This document shows positions 1 to 9,397 of a DNA stretch of 64,000 nucleotides, one piece after another. Source of the DNA: an uncultured Alphaproteobacteria bacterium (GTDB taxonomy: Bacteria > Pseudomonadota > Alphaproteobacteria > Rhizobiales > Rhizobiaceae); the NCBI GenBank assembly GCA_963776115.1, contig CAVZLS010000023.1, forward strand, positions 193,093 to 257,092. The letters run 5' to 3'. The first letter of the stretch is position 1. Each line of letters starts with the position of its first letter. The position numbers and the translations under genes are program-made. The notes beneath the pieces were generated by a model. That model ran no database searches and had not been told where the DNA came from. It saw nothing but the letters and a program-made list of their open reading frames with translations.

Positions 1-404
1 ACTCGATCCTGCCAGGCGTTGCACAGCAGTTGAAGGGTGAGTTGATCCAGAAGGATCCAAACCTTGAGTCTATCATCGGCGCCGCCGTCGACGAACAGGC
101 CCTGGCGCTTGCAGCACGTCGTGCGGATCTCGAGAATGAAGCTGCCCGCGCCTATGCGGTGTCATTCAGTGAAGAAGAACTGAACGCGATAACCGGTTTT
201 TATAATTCCGAGGCTGGCAAGAAGCTGATATCCGAAGGTCCGATCGTTACGCGTGAAGTCATGAAGGCAGCTGGCATCTGGCAGCGCGGCATCGCGCGCG
301 ATCTTGCCCAGGCCGTTGCTGAGAAGGTCGTTGCGGCAGCGGCTGCAACGGCGCCTGCCCAAGCACCGGCGACTCCTGCACCAGCTCAACCAAAGCAGCC
401 GTAA
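1..404 (+). CDS. DUF2059 domain protein (5' truncated by window edge)
   Basis: YAxxFSEEELNAITGFYNSEAGKKL motif typical of DUF2059; Ala/Pro-rich tail; usual position upstream of gor. Confidence 0.8.
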   Translation, partial: SILPGVAQQLKGELIQKDPNLESIIGAAVDEQALALAARRADLENEAARAYAVSFSEEELNAITGFYNSEAGKKLISEGPIVTREVMKAAGIWQRGIARDLAQAVAEKVVAAAAATAPAQAPATPAPAQPKQP

Positions 405-430
405 GGGACAGGTTCAATTGAATATTATGC

Positions 431-462
431 AAAGCCCGGCCGTCAGCCGGGCTTTGTTCTTT
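431..462 (+). terminator. Rho-independent terminator
   Basis: aaagcccggc-cgtca-gccgggcttt followed by a T-rich tract. Confidence 0.75.
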
Positions 463-521
463 TAAGTGGCCAAGATACAACCCATATAAGCGCTGCTCAT
501 CAGATTCGGAGTTTTTGCACC

Positions 522-1916
522 ATGCCAAGCTATGACTATGACCTTTTCGTCATTGGGGGAGGGTCGGGCGGTGTACGCGCCGGAAGGCTTACCGGCGCCA
601 TGGGCAAGAAAGTCGGGCTCGCCGAAGAATACCGCATGGGCGGCACCTGCGTCATCCGTGGCTGCGTGCCGAAAAAGCTTTTTGTCTACGCGTCGCAGTT
701 TTCCGAACATTTCGAGGCTGCGGCCGGTTATGGCTGGAGCGTTGGAGAAACCAGGTTCGATTGGCCGACGTTGGTCGCGAACAAGGATCGGGAGATTGGC
801 CGGCTGGAGGGACTTTACCGGCAGGGGCTCGACAATTCGGACGTCGAGATTTTCGACAGCCGCGCGGTGCTTGTCGACGATCACACCATCGAAATTCTCA
901 AGACTGGCAAGCGGGTGACGGCCGACAAGATTCTTATCGCCACCGGCGGCCATCCAAACCCGCATCCGGCTTTGCCCGGACACGAATTGTGCATCAGCTC
1001 CAATGAGACCTTCCACCTCGAACAATTGCCAAAGGCCATCATTATCGAGGGCGGTGGCTACATCGCAGTTGAGTTCGCCAATATCTTCCATGGTCTCGGC
1101 GTCGAAACGACGTTGATCTACCGCGGCAAGGAAATCCTGTCGCGCTTTGACCACGATCTGCGGCAGTTACTGCACGCGGCTATGGTTGCCAAAGGTATCC
1201 ACGTCCGTTGCGTGGAAGTCATCGAGGAAGTGAAGCGCCAGCCTGACGGGAGGCTGGGTGTACGCCTTTATTCGGGCGATGAGCTTGTTGCGGATCAGGT
1301 CATGCTGGCCATTGGCCGGGCACCAAACACGAAATCGTTGGGCCTGGAAGGGGCGGGTGTCGAACTTGACGAACTTGGCGCCATCAAGGTGGACGAGTAC
1401 TCGCGTACGAGCAAGGCGAACATCTGGGCTGTAGGCGACGTGACCAATCGTGTTCAACTGACGCCGGTCGCCATTCATGAGGCGATGTGCTTTATCGAGA
1501 CGGCGTTTAAAAACAATCCGACCAAACCTGACCACCGTCAGATCGCGACAGCGGTTTTCTCTCAACCCGAAATCGGTACCGTGGGATTGACCGAAGAAGA
1601 GGCAGCCAAGGAGTTCAGGGAGATCGAGGTGTACCGTGCTCTTTTCCGCCCGATGCGCAATACGCTATCCGGCGCCAAGGACAAAATGCTGACCAAGCTG
1701 ATTGTCGATGGCGCCAGCAGGAAGGTTATCGGTGCGCATATCTTGGGGCCCGATGCGGGCGAAATGGCTCAACTTTTGGCCATTCCGATCAAAGCCGGCT
1801 GCACCAAGGATGATTTCGACCGTACGATGGCGGTGCATCCTACTGCTTCAGAAGAGCTGGTGACCATGTATAAACCCAGTTATAGATTGGTGAATGGCGA
1901 ACGTATTGATGGGTGA
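522..1916 (+). CDS. gor: glutathione-disulfide reductase
   Basis: GGGSGG FAD motif, GGTCVIRGCVPKK redox disulfide, GGGYIAVEFA, C-terminal HPTASEE. Confidence 0.96.
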   Translation: MPSYDYDLFVIGGGSGGVRAGRLTGAMGKKVGLAEEYRMGGTCVIRGCVPKKLFVYASQFSEHFEAAAGYGWSVGETRFDWPTLVANKDREIGRLEGLYRQGLDNSDVEIFDSRAVLVDDHTIEILKTGKRVTADKILIATGGHPNPHPALPGHELCISSNETFHLEQLPKAIIIEGGGYIAVEFANIFHGLGVETTLIYRGKEILSRFDHDLRQLLHAAMVAKGIHVRCVEVIEEVKRQPDGRLGVRLYSGDELVADQVMLAIGRAPNTKSLGLEGAGVELDELGAIKVDEYSRTSKANIWAVGDVTNRVQLTPVAIHEAMCFIETAFKNNPTKPDHRQIATAVFSQPEIGTVGLTEEEAAKEFREIEVYRALFRPMRNTLSGAKDKMLTKLIVDGASRKVIGAHILGPDAGEMAQLLAIPIKAGCTKDDFDRTMAVHPTASEELVTMYKPSYRLVNGERIDG

Positions 1917-2562
1917 AATTGAAGTCCTTGCGAAGAGTGGCAAACTTGTCGCTTATTTCGGTTATGGCTCGCTGGTCAACCGCCATACGTTGCGAACCAA
2001 TATCGTTTACGCCATGCCTGCAAAACTTCATGGCTGGCGGAGATTGTGGCGCGCAAGTCCTCGCGAAGCCGGACTTCACGCCGCTCTATTGTCTGTTCGT
2101 CGCGACGAAAATTCCAGCGTGGATGGTCTACTTGTCTTCGACTACCTGGAAAACCTCGCAGCAGTCGATTTGCGCGAGGAAAATTACGACCGCCGCAGCG
2201 TCCTGCCTGAACAAATCGAGACTGCAACGCCTTTTCCCGATGGCATGCCAATCTTCGTCTATGAGGCGCACCAATATGTACCAGTTCATCCGCAACCGCC
2301 GATGATCCTGCAATCCTATCTGGATGCGGTCATGCAGGGTTTTCTCGTTGAGCACGGTGAGGAGGGACTTCGTCGTTTCGTTCTCAAAACGGAATATTTC
2401 AACACACCGATTTACAGGGACCGCCCGTCACCGAACTATCCGCGCGCCGTGAAACTCAGCGACAAAGAGATCGACATGTTCGATAGGCTGCTGGAGGAAA
2501 TCGGTGCGAACTTTGCCGATCCTCAGGACATCGATGAAGCGGCTGACGCTGACGTAAAGTAG
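1909..2562 (+). CDS. gamma-glutamylcyclotransferase family protein
   Basis: YFGYGSLVN and LDLREENY motifs; ATG at 1909 overlaps the gor stop. Confidence 0.8.
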   Translation: MGEIEVLAKSGKLVAYFGYGSLVNRHTLRTNIVYAMPAKLHGWRRLWRASPREAGLHAALLSVRRDENSSVDGLLVFDYLENLAAVDLREENYDRRSVLPEQIETATPFPDGMPIFVYEAHQYVPVHPQPPMILQSYLDAVMQGFLVEHGEEGLRRFVLKTEYFNTPIYRDRPSPNYPRAVKLSDKEIDMFDRLLEEIGANFADPQDIDEAADADVK

Positions 2563-2745
2563 TCTCGCTGCTCATTTATAATGTCCAAATTAATCCGCCT
2601 GCGGCGCCATAGTGGGATCAGCCCCGCTAGCCGCCAACAGGACTGGTATATCCCACATAATTGGACTATATGAGCGCCTTCCGGTCTGGACCGGATAGTC
2701 TCAAACAATCGCTACCAATGTGGAAAGCAAGTAACAGGTGCAATA

Positions 2746-4125
2746 ATGACCAAGAACTGGACACCGACTTCCTGGAGAGGCAAACCTATCAAGCAGGTGC
2801 CTTATTATCCGGACGCTCAGGCTGTGAGCGATGTCGAGGCCCGTCTTCGGACTTATCCGCCCTTGGTTTTTGCAGGTGAGGCACGCAAACTCAAGAAGCA
2901 GCTTGCGGCTGTTTCCAGGGGCGAAAGCTTCCTGTTGCAGGGCGGCGATTGCGCCGAGAGCTTTGCCGAACATGGCGCGGATAATATTCGAGATTTCTTC
3001 CGCGTCTTCCTTCAGATGGCCGTTGTGCTGACCTTTGGTGCTTCTCAGCCTATCGTCAAAGTGGGCCGTATCGCGGGTCAGTTCGCCAAGCCGCGCACCT
3101 CCGACACCGAAACCAAAGACGGCATCGAGCTGCCGATCTATCGCGGCGATATCATCAATGGCACCGAGTTCACCGAACAGTCGCGCACGCCAGATCCGGC
3201 TCGCCAGGAAATGGCTTACCGCCAATCCGCAGCGACGCTTAATCTTCTGCGCGCTTTCGCCCAGGGTGGTTATGCCAATCTGGAGAACGTCAATCAGTGG
3301 ATGATGGGTTTCGTTGCTGACAGCCCGCAAGGCGAGCGCTATGGCCAGCTGGCACGTCGCATCTCCGAGACGGTCGACTTCATGCGCGCTGTTGGCATTA
3401 CCGCGGAAACAAATGCCCAGTTGCGCGAGACGGATTTTTACACAAGTCACGAAGCGTTGCTTCTTGGCTATGAGGAAGCACTGACCCGCGTCGATTCGAC
3501 GTCTGGCGACTGGTATGCGACGTCTGGCCATATGATCTGGGTTGGTGACCGCACACGTCAGGCGGATCATGCCCATGTGGAATACTGCCGTGGCATCAAA
3601 AACCCGCTGGGGCTGAAATGCGGTCCGTCACTGGAAGCTGATGATCTGCTGCGACTGATCGATCTGCTCAATCCTGCAAACGAGCCGGGCCGCCTGACAT
3701 TGATCGCCCGCTTCGGTCACGACAAGGTTGCCGATCACCTGCCCAAGCTCATTCGTGCGGTGCAGAAAGAAGGCCGTGAGGTCGTGTGGTCCTGTGATCC
3801 CATGCATGGCAACACCATCACTGCCAATGGCTACAAAACACGGCCATTCGACCGTATTCTGAAGGAAGTCGAGACCTTCTTTGGAGTGCATCATGCGGAA
3901 GGAACCTATCCGGGCGGTATCCACATCGAGATGACCGGCAATAACGTCACGGAATGCACCGGCGGTGCGCGGGCGGTTCTGGCAGAAGATCTGCAGGATC
4001 GCTACCACACCCATTGCGACCCGCGCCTCAATGCCGATCAGGCTCTGGAATTGGCGTTTCTCGTTGCGGAACTTCTCAAGAAAGAGCGCGACAGCCATCC
4101 ACAAAAAATGGCCGTCAACGCCTGA
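2746..4125 (+). CDS. class II 3-deoxy-7-phosphoheptulonate (DAHP) synthase
   Basis: [36 protein letters not shown] motifs. Confidence 0.96.
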   Translation: MTKNWTPTSWRGKPIKQVPYYPDAQAVSDVEARLRTYPPLVFAGEARKLKKQLAAVSRGESFLLQGGDCAESFAEHGADNIRDFFRVFLQMAVVLTFGASQPIVKVGRIAGQFAKPRTSDTETKDGIELPIYRGDIINGTEFTEQSRTPDPARQEMAYRQSAATLNLLRAFAQGGYANLENVNQWMMGFVADSPQGERYGQLARRISETVDFMRAVGITAETNAQLRETDFYTSHEALLLGYEEALTRVDSTSGDWYATSGHMIWVGDRTRQADHAHVEYCRGIKNPLGLKCGPSLEADDLLRLIDLLNPANEPGRLTLIARFGHDKVADHLPKLIRAVQKEGREVVWSCDPMHGNTITANGYKTRPFDRILKEVETFFGVHHAEGTYPGGIHIEMTGNNVTECTGGARAVLAEDLQDRYHTHCDPRLNADQALELAFLVAELLKKERDSHPQKMAVNA

Positions 4126-4152
4126 ACGACAGGTTGTTCATCAATATCCGGC

Positions 4153-4184
4153 AAGGGCGGTCTTCAAGACCGCCCTTTGTTTTT
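4153..4184 (+). terminator. Rho-independent terminator
   Basis: aagggcggtctt-c-aagaccgccctt followed by tgttttt. Confidence 0.8.
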
Positions 4185-4267
4185 GTAAGGTCCTTCAAGT
4201 GGAGCGTATATATTTTGTGCTTCGTTTCATTTTTAAACTGTCGATTTGATTAAAAGGATTTTCAATC

Positions 4268-4846
4268 ATGAAACACAGTGTTGTTGCTGCTTTCATCGGG
4301 CTAGTCATCGGATCTGGCTTCGGTCAGGCTTTGGCCGAAGAGCCCGCCAAGGCTGCTGAAAAGGTGCTGCCGGCATTGATGCAGGAATTGGCGAAATATC
4401 AGAATGCCGAGAAGGCGACCGAGCAGAATTTGAAGACATTCGATACGCTCGATTTTGACGTCTACACCAACCAGAAATGGGATCGTCTGCATGAAAGCCA
4501 TGCGGAAGATATTCTCGTTCATTATCCCGATGGTCACACGAGCAAGGGTATCCATGACCACATTGAGGAGTTGAAGGGGATATTTGTTTATGCGCCCGAT
4601 ACGCGTATCAATGTGCATCCGGTCAAATTCGGCCAGGGAGAATGGACCGGTGTGATCGGTGTGCTGGAGGGCACGTTCTCAAAACCGATGCCGACAGCGG
4701 ATGGCAAGACCATCGCGCCTACCGGCAAACCTTTTAAACTGACCATGGCGACGCTCGGCCATTGGACATCTGCTGGTGTCATGGATGAAGAGTTTCTCTT
4801 CTGGGACAATCTTGCGTTCATGAAACAGATCGGTCTCGCGCAATAG
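4268..4846 (+). CDS. exported SnoaL-like ester/polyketide cyclase family protein
   Basis: Signal peptide ending ALA; FDTLDFDV, APTGK, WDNLAFMKQIGL motifs of the SnoaL family. Confidence 0.8.
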   Translation: MKHSVVAAFIGLVIGSGFGQALAEEPAKAAEKVLPALMQELAKYQNAEKATEQNLKTFDTLDFDVYTNQKWDRLHESHAEDILVHYPDGHTSKGIHDHIEELKGIFVYAPDTRINVHPVKFGQGEWTGVIGVLEGTFSKPMPTADGKTIAPTGKPFKLTMATLGHWTSAGVMDEEFLFWDNLAFMKQIGLAQ

Positions 4847-5197
4847 CTAGAGCAAGTTTGGTCTATTCAGAGCCAGTTCTGTTTCTCGGATGGCGAGACA
4901 ATCCACGCGGAAGGTGGCGAGGCCGATGTTTACCCATCGGACGACGCCGCATGACAAAGTGGTTGTCCGCCAGCCGGAAACCCGAAGGGCCGGGTGAATT
5001 CGGGCCAAATCCATCGGGCTTGCCAAACCCCTCGACCTTGTCCACGAATTCCCTCCGGCAGAACGACTCTGAATGGACAAAATTTGCTCTAGAAGCCGGG
5101 TCTCTCGTCAGGAAAAGGTTGGGGACCCGGAACGTTGGTCGTTGGAATGGTGCCCTTTGGGCTGGAGTTTTGCCGTTCGAGATTCTATCAAGGTCTC

Positions 5198-6373
5198 ATG
5201 GATCCAAAACCCGTCCGCCAAATCCGCCTGTCAGCGTCTTTCCGTTCGTTCATTGAGAGTGAGGCCTCCGGCGGCATCATTCTGATGGCGGTCGCGGCTC
5301 TGGCTCTGATTGCCGCCAACTCTCCCTTGAGCGAAGATTATTTCGGTCTGCTGAAGACTTATGTTGGCGGCCTGAGCATTCTTCATTGGGTGAACGATGC
5401 GCTTATGGCTGTGTTTTTCCTGCTGGTTGGTCTGGAAATAAAACGCGAGATGATCAGCGGTCAACTGTCGAGCTGGTCGCGGCGCGCATTGCCGGGGTTT
5501 GCTGCTGTCGGTGGTATGGTCGTTCCCGCCCTGATCTTTCTTGCTTTTAATGAGGGTGAGACAGTTCGCGGTTGGGCCATCCCGACCGCCACCGATATCG
5601 CTTTTTCGCTGGGCGTTCTGTCGCTGCTCGGGTCGCGCGTTCCGTTGTCAGTCAAGGTCTTCCTGACGGCCCTTGCCATCATCGATGATCTAGGCGCGGT
5701 CATTATCATTGCCTTGTTTTATACGGAGGGATTGAACATCCCTGCGTTAGCCGGTGTCGCCGCCGTGTTCACAATACTTATGCTGATGAACATGATGGGT
5801 ATCGTTAGGCTTTGGGCTTATCTCGTTCTCGGGGTGATCCTCTGGATCCTCGTCTTCAAATCGGGGATCCATGCGACGATTGCCGGTGTGCTGTTGGCGC
5901 TGGCTATCCCGATGGTTGGCGCGAAGGGCGAGGCCGATTCTCCGTTGGTTGAACTCGAGCATGCTATTCAGCCGTGGGTGGGCTTTCTGATCGTGCCAAT
6001 CTTCGGTTTCGCCAACGCCGGCGTTTCCTTTAGTAACGTGTCGCTGTCGAACCTCGCCGATCCGGTTCCGCTCGGCGTGGCAGCTGGCCTGTTTGTCGGC
6101 AAGCAGATCGGCGTGTTCTCCTTTGCCTGGCTGGCGATCAAGCTTCGTCTGGCCGAACGGCCTGCTGGCACAACCTGGCTGCAAATGTATGGTGTCGCTA
6201 CGCTTTGTGGGATCGGCTTCACGATGAGCCTGTTCATCGGTCTGCTTGCCTATGCGAATTCCCCATTGTTGCAGGATGAAACCAAGCTCGGCGTTCTGCT
6301 CGGCTCGTTGCTGTCAGCGGTCTTCGGGGCTTTCCTGCTCAGTCTGTCGTCGAAGCGTCCGGCAAAGACGTGA
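5198..6373 (+). CDS. nhaA: Na+/H+ antiporter NhaA
   Basis: [44 protein letters not shown]. Confidence 0.96.
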   Translation: MDPKPVRQIRLSASFRSFIESEASGGIILMAVAALALIAANSPLSEDYFGLLKTYVGGLSILHWVNDALMAVFFLLVGLEIKREMISGQLSSWSRRALPGFAAVGGMVVPALIFLAFNEGETVRGWAIPTATDIAFSLGVLSLLGSRVPLSVKVFLTALAIIDDLGAVIIIALFYTEGLNIPALAGVAAVFTILMLMNMMGIVRLWAYLVLGVILWILVFKSGIHATIAGVLLALAIPMVGAKGEADSPLVELEHAIQPWVGFLIVPIFGFANAGVSFSNVSLSNLADPVPLGVAAGLFVGKQIGVFSFAWLAIKLRLAERPAGTTWLQMYGVATLCGIGFTMSLFIGLLAYANSPLLQDETKLGVLLGSLLSAVFGAFLLSLSSKRPAKT

Positions 6374-6436
6374 ATGCGAAAGGCGGCGCCTGTGGCATCG
6401 CTTATGTTTGTTCTCAACAATAAACGGGGTGAGAGC

Positions 6437-6865
6437 ATGGTGGAGTTGCATCGGGGTTCATGCCTGTGCGGCAGAGTACATTTCGAAACGCGCGGCAAGC
6501 TGCGTGGTGTCGTCTACTGCCATTGCTCGCAATGCCGCAAACAGTCGGGCCATTTTTACGCTGCGACGAACGTGCAGGACAATTCGATCGACATTTCCGG
6601 CGAAGAAAACATCAGCTGGTATGAGGCAAGTGAATTTGCCCGCCGTGGCTTCTGCAAGAATTGCGGGTCAGTGCTTTTCTGGAAGCATAATGATCTCGAT
6701 TATATTTCCGTCATGGCAGGATCATTCGATCAACCGTCCGGCCTGCATGGAGAAAGTCATATCTTTGTCGAGGACAAGGGCGACTACTACCAGATTGACG
6801 ATGACCTGCCCAAGTATGCAAGGAGTGGCGGCGGAGTCGTGGTAGCGTCCGATGGACAGGATTGA
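6437..6865 (+). CDS. GFA (CENP-V/GFA) family Zn-binding protein
   Basis: GSCLCG, CHCSQCRK, RGFCKNCGS cysteine pattern. Confidence 0.9.
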   Translation: MVELHRGSCLCGRVHFETRGKLRGVVYCHCSQCRKQSGHFYAATNVQDNSIDISGEENISWYEASEFARRGFCKNCGSVLFWKHNDLDYISVMAGSFDQPSGLHGESHIFVEDKGDYYQIDDDLPKYARSGGGVVVASDGQD

Positions 6866-6955
6866 CGCGAGCCGAACTCTCCTTATACCTGCCGTAGCTA
6901 GGTCGTGAACTCTACCAGATTTATGAGTTTACGAGCTAACAACTCGGGAGAGGCC

Positions 6956-7306
6956 ATGCAGCGTCTGGTACTCGCATTCATAAATTCCATGCGTGCACTG
7001 AAGCATCTGGCGCAGCATGAGAAGGCAGTTCAGCAGGAACTTATGCTGTTTATTCTTGCCATTCCCGTTGCGGCATTCATCGCGCCGACCGGTCTTTCGT
7101 TCCTGCTTCTTACGGGATCAGTACTGTTTCTGATCATGATCGAAGTACTCAATACCGGTATCGAGGCGGCCTGCGATGCGGTTTCACTGGATTTTCATCG
7201 CGAGATCCAGATCGCCAAGGATTGCGGATCGCTTGCCGTACTGATCTCGGTTATCCTCGTAGCTACCGTCTGGGTCTACACCGTGTGGAGCGTGTTTTTT
7301 TCCTGA
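6956..7306 (+). CDS. dgkA: diacylglycerol kinase
   Basis: EKAVQQE, IEVLNTGIEAACD, AKDCGSLAV; three hydrophobic helices; GGGAGAGG RBS. Confidence 0.9.
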   Translation: MQRLVLAFINSMRALKHLAQHEKAVQQELMLFILAIPVAAFIAPTGLSFLLLTGSVLFLIMIEVLNTGIEAACDAVSLDFHREIQIAKDCGSLAVLISVILVATVWVYTVWSVFFS

Positions 7307-7359
7307 CCGCTGCTTGATCAAACATTGTTTTTCCGCCAACGAAACGATATATGTTCATT

Positions 7360-9036
7360 ATGAGCAAAAATCCCGACATCCTCCGTATCGCCATCGCTCA
7401 GCTCAATCCAGTGCTGGGCGATATCAAGGGCAATCTGGCAAAGGCGCGCGAGGCTCGCGCTGACGCTGCACGTCAAGGCGCCGATCTGGTCCTCTACACC
7501 GAGCTTTTCATTTCCGGTTATCCGCCGGAGGATCTGGTGTTGAAACGCGCCTTTATCGAGGCTTGCGAGAAGGCAGTCCAGGAGTTCGCTTTGGACACTG
7601 CCGATGGCGGACCTGGCGTAGTTATCGGCACGCCCCTGAAGCGTGAGTCTGGCCTGCACAACTCGGTCATGGTGCTGGATGGTGGCAAGGTGATTGCAGA
7701 ACGTTTCAAGGTCGATCTGCCCAATTATGGCGAGTTCGACGAAAAGCGTGTGTTCCAGTCTGGTCCGATGCCCGGCCCGGTTAATTTTCGTGGCGTTCGC
7801 ATCGGCATTCCGATCTGCGAGGATATCTGGGGTGACCTCGGTGTCTGCGAGACATTGGCGGAGAGCGGCGCGGAAATTCTCTGCGTGCCGAATGGCTCTC
7901 CCTATTATCGCGGCAAGGTCGATGTGCGTTATCAGGTGGCGCTACGGCAGGTGATTGAGACGGGGTTGCCATTGATTTTCGCCAATCAGCTTGGCGGACA
8001 GGACGACCTGATTTTCGACGGCGCTTCCTTCGCGTTCAATGGCGACAAAAACCTTGCCTTCCAGATGTCGCAGTTTGAGGAGCAACTGATCGTCACGACA
8101 TGGCGACGCGGCGCAGATGGCTGGACCTGTACTGAAGGCCCGATGTCGCGGATCCCGGAAGGGGAGGAAGCGAATTACCGCGCCTGCATGCTCGGCCTGC
8201 GTGACTACGTCAACAAGAACGGCTTCAAGGACGTTGTGCTCGGTCTGTCAGGTGGTATCGACTCGGCGATCTGCGCCGCGCTCGCGGTGGACGCATTGGG
8301 GGAAGAACGCCTGCGCGCTGTCATGATGCCTTACACCTATACGTCGAAGGACTCGCTGAAGGACGCCGAGGACTGCGCCAAGATGCTTGGTTGCCGCTAT
8401 GATATCATCCCGATCTTTGAGCCGGTTGAGGGCTTTCTCAAGGCGCTTGCGCCAACCTTTGAGGGCACCAAGGAGGGCATAACCGAGGAAAACCTGCAGA
8501 GCCGTGCCCGCGGTACCATCCTTATGGCGATTTCCAACAAGTTCGGTTCCATGGTCGTCACCACGGGCAACAAGTCGGAAATGTCGGTCGGCTATGCCAC
8601 GCTCTATGGCGACATGAACGGCGGCTATAATCCGATCAAGGATCTCTACAAGATGCAGGTCTATGCCATGTCGGAGTGGCGCAACAAAAACGTCCCTGCG
8701 GGCGGCCTAGGCCCGTCTGGCGAGGTTATTCCGGTGAATATCATCAGCAAGGCGCCATCGGCAGAGCTGCGGGAAAACCAGACCGACCAGGATTCGCTGC
8801 CGCCTTATCCGGTTCTCGACGATATCCTCGAATGCCTTGTTGAACACGAGATGGGCGTCGATGAAATCGTCGAACGCGGTCATGATCGTGCCACGGTCGA
8901 GCGTATCGAACACCTGCTCTACATCGCCGAATATAAGCGCCGCCAGTCGGCCCCGGGGGTCAAGGTGACCAAGAAGAATTTCGGCCGTGATCGACGTTAT
9001 CCCATCACCAACCGGTTCCGGGATCGATCGCAGTAG
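7360..9036 (+). CDS. nadE: glutamine-dependent NAD+ synthetase
   Basis: Nitrilase-like N-domain (GYPPEDL, FDEKR, ICEDIW) plus GLSGGIDS, TTGNKSE, KAPSAEL. Confidence 0.96.
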   Translation: MSKNPDILRIAIAQLNPVLGDIKGNLAKAREARADAARQGADLVLYTELFISGYPPEDLVLKRAFIEACEKAVQEFALDTADGGPGVVIGTPLKRESGLHNSVMVLDGGKVIAERFKVDLPNYGEFDEKRVFQSGPMPGPVNFRGVRIGIPICEDIWGDLGVCETLAESGAEILCVPNGSPYYRGKVDVRYQVALRQVIETGLPLIFANQLGGQDDLIFDGASFAFNGDKNLAFQMSQFEEQLIVTTWRRGADGWTCTEGPMSRIPEGEEANYRACMLGLRDYVNKNGFKDVVLGLSGGIDSAICAALAVDALGEERLRAVMMPYTYTSKDSLKDAEDCAKMLGCRYDIIPIFEPVEGFLKALAPTFEGTKEGITEENLQSRARGTILMAISNKFGSMVVTTGNKSEMSVGYATLYGDMNGGYNPIKDLYKMQVYAMSEWRNKNVPAGGLGPSGEVIPVNIISKAPSAELRENQTDQDSLPPYPVLDDILECLVEHEMGVDEIVERGHDRATVERIEHLLYIAEYKRRQSAPGVKVTKKNFGRDRRYPITNRFRDRSQ

Positions 9037-9092
9037 ACTGTTGCAATCTGGCCGCACCTGATTCTTGAAAGCCGACCGCTGAAAAAAGGCAC

Positions 9093-9121
9093 TTGGCGGC
9101 GCAAAACGATTCAACTATAAG
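9093..9121 (+). promoter_or_regulatory. putative sigma70 promoter of the ABC exporter leader
   Basis: TTGGCG-N17-TATAAG. Confidence 0.5.
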
Positions 9122-9156
9122 CCGACCTCCGGCAATAGCGACCGGGAGGTTCTCGA

Positions 9157-9201
9157 ATGGCACCCATGTTTATGTCCCCGCGGGGCGGCGCTCGTTCCTG
9201 A
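9157..9201 (+). CDS. putative leader peptide MAPMFMSPRGGARS
   Basis: Strong SD GGGAGGT 6 nt upstream of ATG; 14 codons then TGA; lies in a structured leader upstream of the ABC exporter. Confidence 0.55.
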   Translation: MAPMFMSPRGGARS

Positions 9202-9397
9202 CACGTGATGACGAAAGGCTTGTTTGCCTTTCGATTGACTTCACCGGTCAAGGTAACTCATCGCCGATAATGGCCTTTCCTGTATTCAGGCGAGTTGCCA
9301 GATCATTCATGCCGTACTGATTCTGTCTTCTTTTTCACGGCATTCTCGTTTTGCATTTTCTATTGAGGCTGGTGCGCATTCGCATCGGACAATCGTC

